A stretch of DNA of 64,000 nt from Pristiophorus japonicus (taxonomy: Eukaryota), in the NCBI RefSeq assembly GCF_044704955.1, contig NC_091984.1, positions 106,392,001 through 106,456,000 on the forward strand, read 5' to 3'. The notes under the pieces are model-generated. The model searched no databases, was not told the DNA's origin, and worked only from the letters and a program-made list of their open reading frames with translations. This document shows, piece by piece, positions 26,003-37,425 of this stretch. The position numbers and the translations under genes were made by a program. The stretch's first letter is position 1. Every line of letters starts with the position of its first letter.

Positions 26003-26419
26003 AGTTATGTTGGTGGCAGTTACAGTTGCTTACGTTTCATCCTTGCCTGGCCTGACCATGGCCATTGTTTGCAACCCTTGTATTGATGTTTTACCTTATG
26101 TTATTAGAAGACACTTCACAACAATTGTAAAGTTAAATAAAATTTTTTAATAATTTAACAAACTGATTTAAAATATTTTAAAACAAACTATAGCACCCCC
26201 CCCCCCCCAACCCCAACAGTGACAACATTTTTTCAACAATATAACAATAGCACTCTCCCACCATCCCCAACAATCAACAAATTTCTAAAAATAATAATAT
26301 AACAATAATATACGCCCTCTCCCCTCCCTACCTGCGGCCACATTTCCCTCCTCTAACTTGACACCGCCCCCCCCCGCGTCGTAACTCCCCTTTTCCCACT
26401 TAATCCCCTAGTAACGGGA

Positions 26420-28717
26420 CCAAAATGTCTTGTAGCAGAGCACCTCAAGGGCTGTTTGGGGGGGGGGGTGGTGGTGGGGGTGACGTTGGCAGAATGACCT
26501 CAGTGGATCAAGGAGAAACGTTTGCGAAGAAACATCTTCCGAGTCAGAAGGAACTTCTTCCTCCTATCTCGTATCTGTCGTGCGTGCTGGATGGTGGTAC
26601 CGCACCTTGGGGTGCAGTGCCATATCCCGAAACTATCGCATGCCGCAAGGCATCGACATAGAGTCGGTAGTTCGCCCCATTGCCGTAGCCCTTTATCCTA
26701 TATCCTCTGATATTCTGGAAGATAGTGTGGCAATGTTGCCAGTCAACCCACCAATCGCCTGGAGGAGCTCTCGACCTATGTCGATGCTTGCCTTCAACAG
26801 TGACACCATGTCCTCGTTGACATCTGCCCGTCGCAGCGTGTGCCTACCTCACAAACCCAACCTCCGTGGGGTCGGCGTAGACACTGGACAACTCGGCGTG
26901 CCTTGCTGCAAGCTGCTTGGCCTTGCTACTTCATCTGTTGAAGATGACGTGGCCGCAGGTACCACAGATGAACCTTCTGGCTCATCATCCTCCTCCTCGG
27001 TCGTATCTTGTTCTTCTTCTTCCCCCGTGGTGAGCACGGCCTGCAGCGGTAGGGGTGATGTCCAGGGGCTTCCCTGTGGAGTTGGAAAACATAATTGAGG
27101 TTCGTAAGAAGAGAAGGGGAGACATGAGAATGCTTGCACTGTGCTGGCATATGTACGAGGAGCAACACTACTGCAATAAATGTGAACGAGAGATGTTACA
27201 TATGATTAACATGAGAGTACAGAAGAGTACAGAAGCTGCATGCATAACATGACATAATTCATATATTATAATCAAATTACATTAAATTACTTTAAATTAC
27301 CACTGGTTTACACATTACTCCTGTGGCGCAACAACGGGATCTGCACCACCACGGGTGGCAGAACGATTATGCGTGCCACTAAGGCTGCGGCACGCTCTTC
27401 CAGATCATCGGTCATTGGGTATAGGGTACAGGTCAGCGGGCCCTCCTCCAGTTCGCCTGCGCTCCGCCTGTTTCTTAGATATCTTCCTCTGCAAACGTGA
27501 CAAGAGCATGGCATAAGCTAATTGCCTAGTTACTATTATGGAAACACAACAGATATTGTAATCCACAATTAGTCACCCCACATGCTATTCATTGTTAACG
27601 TTAACGTTATATGCTAATACGGTTTATATCCAATGGATGCATGGTTATAACATCTACGTTCAGGGAAAATATTTAATAAGATCATGTTTAGGAACTAATG
27701 CTTGACACCAACCCTCACGTACAATCTCCAGGAAAGGCCCCATCCACGGGCCGTGCCATTCAGCGGCTGAGGGGAGTGAGGCGGTTTATTGGAATCGAGG
27801 TCCCCGAGGGGGGGAATCAGGACCGCTTTTGAGCTGGTGAGCTCGGCAATGACAGGACCGTAATGGGAGGGGGCACCGTGTCCCTGGGCTGTGCTTGAAG
27901 ACCTCTGTGTGGCTGGAGCTAATGTCCCAAAGTGTCCCGGAGCATAAAGTGAGCCAGGGCAGCTCTCCCCAGTCCAGGCTGGGTCATTCTGTAACTGACA
28001 GCATCCGGAGAGACTCACACAGTTTGGGAAAAGCTGACTGAACCCCTCATTGCTCAGTCGTGTCCCATCCACCAACCTAACCAAGAAGGAGAAGGTGCCC
28101 AAGTTAAAGAGTTGCTCACAGCACACAAGCAGCGATATAATAATTCTTCTTCGAAACTAAAGTGGTAGAAATGCTGAGTGTTTGTGTTCTGTCTGTTTCC
28201 AGTCATTCCTTTGGCCCCAATTTTCGATCAAAGTATTTAAATAATAATTAATACTGTTGATTAAGTTTAAGGCATCTCAGCAACATCAGAGTAAAAGGGC
28301 GTAGGTTCCGACCCCAGTCCAAATCTTACTAGGGAAGCTACCCAAGATTACCCAGCTTAATTACAATCCAGCAGATTTACATTCTAATTAATGAGTCAGT
28401 GCATCATTACAATTATAAATTGAATAATTTAATACTTACTCTTGCCGATGAAACAAGACTGTTCCAGCGCTTGCGGCACTGGTCTGCCTCTCGCCTATCG
28501 TGGGCCACAGATGACACAATAGCAGTGATATCCGCCCATATTCTCTGGTATATCCGGGGCGGGGAGGTTTCCCATTCCCGCCTCGGGTTAATTGGCCCCA
28601 CCGAGTCTCCACCTTGTGGACTAAGGCCTCATTCGCCTCTTCAGAGAAGGCTTTTGCCCTCCTTCTTCCTGCAACCTCCTCAACACTCTCTTCTGACTCC
28701 TCGTGCTCCATCTCCAT
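26420..28717 (-). pseudogene. Harbinger Myb/SANT-like DNA-binding protein gene, ~3 exons, frameshifted
   Basis: Exon 1 (28717-28440): RRRAKAFSEEANEALV..RW / IWADITAIVSSV..R..DQCRKRWNSLVSSAR|gtaagt. Exon 2 (~27488-27319): tttgcag|RKISKKQAERRRTGGGP. Acidic exon 3 below ~27080, with approximate end. Confidence 0.82.
27557..28365. mobile_element. Possible solo LTR inside intron 1 of the Harbinger Myb gene
   Basis: TGTAAT...ATTACA inverted termini around ~810 bp unrelated to Harbinger. No clean TSD found. Confidence 0.35.
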
Positions 28718-29473
28718 CTTATCCGTTTATCAATTCCTTCAAAAAAATGCCTCGACACAAACCTTCCTTCTCTCTCTCCCTCTCTTTGCCTTCTGAGCAT
28801 GTGCAGATGATCCCTGACCTCCCGAATCTTGGGAAAGTACTTTGCCTGAAAAGAAATGCGGATGTGCAGAACGGCCGTTGCTATGGACACCAGCCTTGCA
28901 CGACTGAATACATCGCTATCGCCCATTTCACATCGCTAAGGCTATCGCCCAAACTAAAAAGGCGAAACCAGCGGTTTTTAAAATGGGCGATATTCCAGCG
29001 ATCCTGAAAAATAAAAAAAGCACGAAGGCTGGAAATATCGCCCATTTTTGGGCAATAGTGATCATAGTGGAAGGTCTAGCCCCAGTTGGGCTTTGGAGCA
29101 GGGCATTGAAATTGCATTCCATCTGTTGGCTGTGCTTGTTACTTCAATGCATAATACGCCCTGTTGTTGGATTCTGTGCAATGCAAGTCCAATAAAAATA
29201 TTCAACTGCAGATCATTTGTATAACCTGCTAATTTGCATTTATTTGCATATATCCCATTTTGGATTTATTTACATATAGTTTAAAGTAAACTCTGGGTGT
29301 TGCTTTAGTGTAACACATGAAAATGCAGGAAAGACATAATTTAAATTCTTGATTTAACTTTTTCCAGTTGCTAAAAAATTTCCGATCTGATTACTGTGTA
29401 CCAAACTACTGTCACCTTTTTGTTACATAATTTGTAACTGAGTATAATTTGATCCTTGTGAAATTTTATTTAG

Positions 29474-29593
29474 GCTTTGTCAGAAAAGAGTAGTGAACTA
29501 GACAGGTTGCGAAATGAATGGACAACACATACAGCAACAATAAATGACCGGTATTCTCAAGAACTAACAACCGAGAGAAAAAAATCATACCAG
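29474..29593 (+). CDS. SASS6: SAS-6 coding exon 7
   Basis: atttag| ALSEKSSELDRLRNEWTTHTATINDRYSQELTTERKKSYQ |gtaaga. 120 nt. Confidence 0.95.
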
Positions 29594-30024
29594 GTAAGAC
29601 ACCTTTTTCTGGGGCGAGGGGTGGTGACAGTATGTTGCTATGATCAGGGAGGTATGTCAGTTCTGACAATCATGAGTGCAACCATCAGCACATTTATGGT
29701 AGGAAAGCTGTCCATTAAGTCCCACTCCCATGGATGACACCCTGTAACTTTTCATGTCATATTACTGTCCGGGTAATAAGTTACTGATGAGTGTTAATTC
29801 AAGCCACAGTCATTTGCAGTAGAAATACTCTGCCACTACAATTGTTTTGGTTATCTGACACGCACACACCCCAGCTAGGACCATTCTACCCTTCAGGGCA
29901 TTAGTTTGCATGGTTATATGGAGCTCGGTGGAAAGAAGCCCAGTGTCCAATAACTGTTTTCCCTTTTTGTTACAAATCTACCGCATAGCTTGGTCCTTCA
30001 TTCCACATATGGCCAAAGGGAACC

Positions 30025-32428
30025 CTTTAATAAACAATCTCCGAGTAAAGGATCCCCTTGGAATGAGTGACCATAGCATGGTTGAACTTCAAATTCAGAT
30101 GGAGGGTGAAAAAGTTGGATCTCAAACCAGCGTACTAAGCTTAAATAAAGGAGACTACAAAGGTATGAGGGCAGAGTTGGCTAAAGTGGACTGGGAAAAT
30201 AGATTAAAGTGTAGGATGGTTGATGAACAGTGGCGCACATTTAAGGAGATATTTCATAACTCTCAAGAAAAATATATTCCAGTGAGGAGGAAAGGGTGTG
30301 AATAAAAGTTAGCCATCCGTGGCTAACTAAAGAAATAAAGGATGGTATCCAATTAAAAACAAGGACATATAAAGTGGCCAAAACTAGTGGGAGGACTGAA
30401 GATTGGGAAGCTTTTAAAAACCAGCAAAGAATGACTAAAAAAATGATTAAGAAAGGGAAGATAGTCTATGAAAGTAAACTAGCACGAAATATAAAAACAG
30501 ATAGCAAGAGTTTCTACAGGTATATAAAAAGGAAAAAAGTGGCTAAAGTAAATGTTGGTCCCTTAGAGGACGAGAGCGAGGAATTAGTGATGGGGAACAT
30601 GGAGATGGCAGAAACATGAACAAATATTTTGTATCAGTCTTTACAGTAGAGGACACTAAAAATATCCCAACAGTGGATAGTTATGGGGCGGCGGGGTGGG
30701 GGGGGGGGAGGAACTTAACACAATCACAATCACTAAGGAGGTGGTACTCAGTAAGATAATGGGACTAAAGGCAGATAAATCCCCTGGACCTGATGGCTTG
30801 CATCCTAGGGTCTTAAGAGAAGTAGCGGCAAGGATTGTGGATGCATTGGTTATAATTTACCAAAATTCCCTGGATTCTGGGGAGGTCCCAGCACATTTAC
30901 AAAATAAATAGTGTGCAATTTTTGAAACTTTTAAAAACAATACCCCGGAACGATGCACTTAATGCACGTCACATGGGCCTTAAAAAAACATGCACTTTTT
31001 TTTGGTGTACAATGTCAACAATCATTTAAAATTTTGTAAAAAAAAAAGGAGGCATACAAAAAGCAGGAAACTATAGACCAGTTAGCCTGACATCTGTGGT
31101 TGGGAAAATGTTGGAGTCCATTATTAAAGAAGCAGTAGCGGGACATTTGGAAAAGCATAATTCAGTCAGGCAGAATCAGCATGGATTTATGAAGGGGAAG
31201 TCATGTTTGACAAATTTGCTGGAATTCTTTGAGGATGTAACAAACAGGGTGGATAAAGGCCAACCAGTGGATGTGGTATATTTGGACTTCCAGAAGGCAT
31301 TTGACAAGGTGCCACATGAAAGGTTACTGCACAAGATAAAAGTTCACAGGGTTGGGGGTAATATTATTAGTTTGGCTAGAGGATTGGCTAACTAACAGAA
31401 AACAGAGAGTTGGGATAAATGGTTCATTCTCAGGTTGGCAACCAGTAACTAGTGGGGTGCCACACGGATCAGTGCTGGGACCCTAACTATTTACAATCTA
31501 TATTAATAATTTGGATGAAGGAACTGAGGGTAACATAGCCAAGTTTGCTGACGATACAAAGATGGGAGGAAAAGCAATGTGTGAGGAGGACACAAGAAAC
31601 CTGTAAAAGGACATAAACAGGCTAAGTGAGTGGGCAAAAATTTGGCAGATGGAGTATAATGTTGGAAAGTGTGAGGTTGTGCACTTTGGCAGAAAAAATC
31701 AAAGAGCAAGTGCAATGGAGAAAAATTACAAAGTACAGCCGGACCTGGGGGTCCTGGTGCACGAAACATAAAAGGTTAATATGCAGGTACAGCAAGTGAT
31801 CATTGGCCTTTATTGCAAAGGGGATGGAGCAGGGAAGTCTTGCTACAGTTATACATGATATTGGTGAGGCCACACAGAATACTGCGTACAGTTTTAGTTT
31901 CCATGTTTAAGAAAGGATATACTTGCTTTGGAGGCAGTTCAGAGAAGGTTCACTAGGTTGATTCCGGAGATGAGGGGGTTGACTTATGAGGAAAGCTTGA
32001 GTAGATTGGGCCTCTACTCATTGGAATTCAGAAGAATGAGCGGTGATCTTATCGAAATATATAAGATCATGAGGGGGCTTGACAAGGTGGATGCAGAGAA
32101 GATGTTTCCACTGATAGGGGAGACTAGAACTAGGGGGCATAATCTTAGAACAAGGGGCCGTCCATTTAAAACAGGGATGAGAAGGAATTTCTTCTCTGAG
32201 GGTTGTAAATCTATGGAATTCGCTGCCTCAGAGAACTCTGAAAGCTGGGTCATTGAATAAATTTAAGACATAGATAGTTTCTTAGCCGATAAAGGAATAA
32301 GGGGTTATGGGGAGCGGGCAGGGAAGTAGATCTGAGTCCATGATCGGATCAGCCATAATCGTATTAAATGGCGGAACAGGCTCGAGGGGCTGTATGGCCT
32401 ACTCCTGCTCCTATTTCTTATGTTCTAT
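30025..32428 (+). mobile_element. CR1 LINE (end of APE through RT to 3' tail)
   Basis: PLGMSDHSMV, KSPGPDGLHPRVL, QHGFMKGKSCLTNLLEFF and YLDFQKAFDKVPH, ending in a TTCTTATGTTCT tail. Confidence 0.92.
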
Positions 32429-33368
32429 TAGATGCTTAGGTGTTCAAATCATGGTGTTGAACAATTTGGGCATGTCTTATACACTACAAACTTAATCTGC
32501 ATTCTGCTTCATTCATTCTCAAAGAGACCCACAGTGGTCCAACAGTGTAAGCTGGATGATTGGGGATATCTAGACTATCACTTCAGCATCAAGAGATTCT
32601 GAGCAGCCAAGCCGGTATCTTGCATCTGGTGTCTCCACTTCCCTCTTCAAAAAACAAATTCCCAACTTACTCATTGAAAAGAGTAGAACTGATTTACAGC
32701 CATGGATGATTGAGAGAAAAGGAACATGTCATTACAGACGGAATTGGCCAGCCAGTCTTGCGTAGGAGGTTTTACCTCCAAATAAATTCTCATTGTTTTG
32801 GTGAAAAGAATAGGACTGTTTCACACTGTGAGGCCATTACAACATCTTGAAGAAACTGAACGTAAGGATTCCCCCCAAATTTTCATGGTATCGAGGAAAA
32901 TAAGATGCAGGTTTATCTTTCATGACATTGGACACTCCTCCTTAGTGCGTATGGCCAGAGGCCTCCTTATCCTCAACCCGTTTCCTCCTCTTCCTTTCTG
33001 TTTCCCTTGAAGAAACTTTGTTTGCTTTGAAAATTTCAATTATAATGAAGAAAAACACACTCTGCTTTCTCTCTAGCAATCTCTCTTTCATAGGTATTAG
33101 CAAACAGAATCTCTGCCTCATAGCTGTAATCAATTACAGCATTTGCCTTCTACTTGTCAAGAAAAGATTGGTGAATTAATCAGTTGGCTTCCAAATTCAA
33201 CTATTTTTTGAAAGAAATATTAGCATGAGCAAAGACTCTCTTCCCCCCCCTCTTCCCTTGTGGTATAATTCTGTTATTTTTCAGCCAGTAGAAAGGAGAA
33301 AGTCTTAAATGCTTGGAACTGCTTTCCAAAATGACTAGGTGACCTAAATTCAATCATGTCAAGCTTAC

Positions 33369-33407
<39 letters not shown>

Positions 33408-33830
33408 CAGGCGGTCCCTCGACCGAGAATGACTTGGTTCCACGAGAGTTCACAGATATTTCAATGAAGGTCCTGATGTTCCAGTCCTGAACTCCAGTTG
33501 AATGGGTGGAAGATGCCCGTGCGTGAATTTTTTTTTAACATGTGACCGTTCCACATCAGCCACCACACGGGCTTGACAGAGTTAGGCCTTTATCCAGTGA
33601 CAAGGATTAACCAGGATGACTGGAGACCTGCTCTACTGCACGGACCTAGTGCGCACACATCGCAGTGTGGGCAGGTCCGTGCTGCCCCTGGGCTCTCGGC
33701 TCTTTTTTGAGCCCTGTACCCTCATTTGCCGCACCTCTGCCACGATGTTCCAGGGCCCGGCGCTCCAGCTCTATTTATAGCCCTGACCTGCGGTGGTGTT
33801 CTACACAGGTCGGGCGGTCCGCGAGCTTAC
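33369..33830 (-). mobile_element. Bipartite non-autonomous RTE derivative (RTE 5'UTR/ORF start fused to RTE 3' tail) with long (CAT)n tail
   Basis: Minus-strand AAGCCCGTGTGG...CACGCACGGGCATCTTCCACCC..TGGAACATCAGGACCTTCAT matches 58520-58630 and is joined directly to the GAGGGACCGCCT(GAT)n tail. Confidence 0.8.
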
Positions 33831-33939
33831 TCAAGGCTGTACCTGATGTATGGTTGTAGATTTCAGAACAATAATTTGATATATATGTTTCTTTTATTCT
33901 TGTTATGAACTTGCTTTCTGATTCCCAATTAGAGTTGTA

Positions 33940-34237
33940 CAGGTTGAACCTCCCTCATCCAGAACCATTCCCGGCCACCGGATGGCACATGTGCAGAACT
34001 CCGACATGAACAAATTGAAGTCCTTCCTCACTGCCGATTCCCGCAATTGCTGGCCTGTCCCCGCGATCCCCTGCACCACCACCACCGCCCCCCCCACCAT
34101 GATCTCTCTCCCGCACTTCCAGCCCCTTGCTCAGTACCTGTACCATCCAATTTAACGTGACTACCCCTCATCCAGAAAAATCCCTTATCCAGATCAGGCC
34201 AGGTCTCGAGGGTTCTGGATAAGGGAGGTTCAACCAG
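33940..34237. mobile_element. Tc1/mariner (Tigger/pogo-like) MITE
   Basis: TA|CAGGTTGAACCTCCCTCATCCAGAACC ... GGTTCTGGATAAGGGAGGTTCAACCAG|TA: a ~27-bp TIR with TA TSD. Confidence 0.88.
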
Positions 34238-34384
34238 TACTGGCAAGATTTGCCTTTCAGATGAAAATGGCTTTGTGGAGCAAGCAGATGAGAGAAAAGG
34301 TATAAAGCAAGAGATTTTCTGTTTGCTCGACCATGGAATCAAGCTACTGAACATCTTTTAAGCACTGTTTCTGTTTTTATTCAG

Positions 34385-34576
34385 GCTCAGACACAATGGC
34401 AACAGCAGTTTGAACAGCAGAGGAAGGAGTTGGAAACTGGTCACAGGAGAAGTCTTCAGCAATTACAGACCAGCCTAGCAGAGCTAGAGACTGTAAACAA
34501 AGATCTTACTGAAAGGCGATACAAAGCAGAATGTATCATCCAAGAAATTAAAGCAAAACTCTCAGGGTTGGAAGAT
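34385..34576 (+). CDS. SASS6: SAS-6 coding exon 8
   Basis: attcag| AQTQWQQQFEQQRKELE...NKDLTERRYKAECIIQEIKAKLSGLED |gtaagg. 192 nt. Confidence 0.95.
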
Positions 34577-34661
34577 GTAAGGATTATTCAATTCTATGTT
34601 AAGAAAAGTGAGAAATGTAATCATTGTTATAATAAACTCTCCATGCAATTTTTGTTAATAG

Positions 34662-34856
34662 GAATGTCACAGAGCAAAACAAGAAGTCCAGTCGTTGCGT
34701 CGGGAGAATTCAATGCTTGATGCAGAATGCCATGAAAAGGACAAGTTGATTAATCAGCTGCAAACTCGTGTTGCTGTTTTAGAGCAAGAGATCAAAGACA
34801 AGGACCAGTTGGTTTCTAGAACTAAGGAAGTATTGGAAGCTACTCAGGAACAAAAG
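34662..34856 (+). CDS. SASS6: SAS-6 coding exon 9
   Basis: ttaatag| [26 protein letters not shown]...[15 protein letters not shown]...QEQK |gtatat. 195 nt, after an 85-bp intron. Confidence 0.96.
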
Positions 34857-35707
34857 GTATATGCATATTTTGCAACATTCCAATGGTACTTTTGTATTTG
34901 AACATTTTAAAGTAAGCAGTTGGTAAGACTTTCATAGAGATGTGTACAACAGTTCTGGGGGCTCCCCAACAAGAAAAAGCCGTTTCCATAAGTAGATCCG
35001 CGTTTCCTCGTAAAAGGAAATTTGCTTCCTTACATGTGATTGAACAGGATAGCGCGACACAGGCTTAAACATTATCCTTGTCAGATTATACAACAGAGAC
35101 CACATGGGCTGCATACTGCTTTATATCCTGTTAACTTTAAAAGGGCATAAATATGTCAGACCGAGTGCAGGTTAAGTTTAAAAGTCCATTTTATTTATAT
35201 ATAAATAAGATAATTAGTGAAGCAAAATACAATAAGTATACAGCAGCGCAGTGCTTTATTTTCACTGTTTTCAAAACAATAGAATCCAAAACCTTAGAAG
35301 TCATTTTCAGTAACTTCTGAATCTGATAACAAATTTACATGGGCAATGTCTCCACGGAGTCCCTCTTTGGCCAAAACCAATGGAAATAGGCAGTGGGAAA
35401 CTAAAGACCTCAGGAACTGCTGAGTTCTGTTCTGTTTTCCTGTTTTTTCTTTAACGTCCAGCAGGCACACTTAAAGATAAAACAGATTCTTCACAATTGT
35501 CAAGCAATGAAGATCTTAACCATTTTTACCTCTACAGCAGATAAGGTGTGATCAGTAGACTCCTGATAGGTCAAACTAGAGATTTAACTATACCTACTTC
35601 CCCTAGTTTATGAACTCAAATGCATTAACATCTCAAAAGGGATATAGACCCTGGCGTTATGTAATCTTCTAACACAATTAGTTTACAACAATGGGCAACA
35701 ACATCAT

Positions 35708-36998
35708 GGGCCCAAGTTTCCACGTGATTTGCACCTGATTTTTAGGAGCAACTGGTGGAGAACGGACTATCTTAGAAATCGCAATTCTCCACTTTTTTTT
35801 CTGCAGTTCTAGTCAGGTAGAACAGTTCTACTTTGGAACAGAATTTTTTCTTCAAAAGGGGGCGTGTCCGGCCACTGACGCCTGATTTCAAAGTTTCCAC
35901 AGTGAAAACGTACTCCAAACTAACTTAGAATGGAGCAAGTGAAGATTTTTGTAGAACTGAAAAAACCTGTTCTACACATTTAAAAAATCAGGCGCAGGTT
36001 ACAAATTAGGCGTCCAGAACGAGGTGGGGTGGGGGGAAGGGAAGTCATTAAATTCTACAATAAATCCTTATTTATACTTCTACAAATATTATACAAATAA
36101 ATCCAACCTGAATAAACATTTATAAGCAAAGAAAAGATTAAATAAACCATCTTCCTACCTGTGTGAAAGTGCTTCAGCCACGGAGAATGCTGCAGTCAGC
36201 CTCACAAGTTGAGGCACCCGTTCGTTCCCGCGGGGGGGAGGTGGTGGGGAGGAGGCGCCCGTTCGTTCCCGTGGGGGGGGGGGGGGGGAGGAGGCGCCCG
36301 TTCGTTCCCGTGGGGGGGGGGAGGAGGCGCCCGTTCGTTCCCGTGGGGGGGGGGAGGAGGCGCCCGTTCGTTCCCGTGGGGGGGGGGGGGGGGAGGAGGC
36401 GCCCGTTCGTTCCCGTGGGGGGGGGGAGGAGGCGCCCGTTCGTTCCCGTGGGGGGGGGGGGAGGAGGCGCCCGTTCGTTCCCGTGGGGGGGGGGAGGAGG
36501 CGCCCGTTCGTTCCCGCGGGGGGGGGAGGAGGCGCCCGTTCGTTCCCGTGGGGGGGGGGGGGGAGGAGGCGCCCGTTCGTTCCCGCGGGGGGGGGGGGGG
36601 GAAGGAGACAGTGAGAAGGCTGCAAGAAGCCTCAGTGCTGATGTGCTGATGGCAATGTGCTTTTATTAAAAAATGTTCAAAAATTAAACAGCTACAAAGA
36701 ACTACAGAAATGGCTGAGTGCCAATGTTTCCTTCACACTGCGCGTGCGCGAACGCTCCAACGCGCACGCGCAGCGTTGCTGGCAGGAAAAAAACTAACTT
36801 AAATGGTACTCGCCCCCTCCCACTTACAAAATCGGCGCGAGTGTAGGATCCGCCCCCCTTAGGCGCCGCGCCAAACAGACAAGGAACTGCAAAGCGCTCC
36901 AGAATCGCGCGTTTTTTTTCCGGCGCCGTTTTAGGCGCGAAAAACGGGCACCCAGCTCGGAGGGGCGCTCGTTTTTTATCGTGTGGAAACTTGGGCCC
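35708..36998 (-). mobile_element. Non-autonomous Harbinger element with G-rich minisatellite; same family as 12442-13995, opposite orientation
   Basis: TIR GGGCCCAAGTTTCCAC...GTGGAAACTTGGGCCC. 35708-36175 is nearly the reverse complement of 13522-13995. TSD imperfect (CAT on the left). Confidence 0.9.
36211..36600. repeat. Minisatellite, 11 copies of GGAGGCGCCCGTTCGTTCCCG(T/C) + variable G run
   Basis: Tandem units read directly from the sequence; units differ mainly in G-run length. Confidence 0.95.
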
Positions 36999-37335
36999 AT
37001 AATGAGGTAAACAAGCTACATCATATGAAATAGATATTGCTAGATAATTCTCTGTATTGGTTTTGTCCTGCTCAGCAAGACAAAATAATTTTCTTTCAAA
37101 GATATAACTAAGCTGAAGCCAAACTTAAACTCACATTATTTTGTGTGCCTAAAGTCATTTTAAAAATCCTGTTGAAGGCATGATGGAGTTCTGCTTCTGT
37201 CAGAATGTACATGAAACAGCATATGTAGTAAAATCTAAAATCCATTTAGCACTGAAATTTGAGTCTCGTTTTGCCTAGAAATGAAATAAAACTCAACTTG
37301 ACCATAGCATTTCAGTTCCTTTATAATTGTTTCAG

Positions 37336-37425
37336 CTAACATTTGAAGAAAACTCAGAGAAGAATCAAGTTCAAGTGGAAAAACTGGAATCCACTGTGAA
37401 GTCTTTGTCAGAAGAGCTGCTCAAG
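37336..37425 (+). CDS. SASS6: SAS-6 coding exon 10
   Basis: tttcag| LTFEENSEKNQVQVEKLESTVKSLSEELLK |gtgtgt. 90 nt. Confidence 0.95.

Larger units (their letters stand above)
24286..29082. mobile_element. Full-length but decayed autonomous-type PIF/Harbinger transposon (transposase + Myb/SANT gene, convergent)
   Basis: Termini AGGCTAGACTTTC ... GAAGGTCTAGCCC, flanks CAT/CAG (degenerate 3-bp TSD), subterminal ATCGCCC repeats at both ends, and two internal genes typical of the superfamily. Confidence 0.9.
35154..37082 (-). mobile_element. Probable solo LTR (~635 bp) split by a Harbinger MITE
   Basis: TGTC...GACA termini flanked by an identical 5-bp AAATA duplication. AATAAA on the minus strand near 35190. 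Confidence 0.6.

Noticed and set aside
36211-36600. CRISPR-like array (constant ~22-bp repeat with variable intervening sequence)
   Set aside because: The intervening sequences are only G homopolymers, not unique spacers. There are no cas genes and the context is a eukaryotic intron, so this is a minisatellite.
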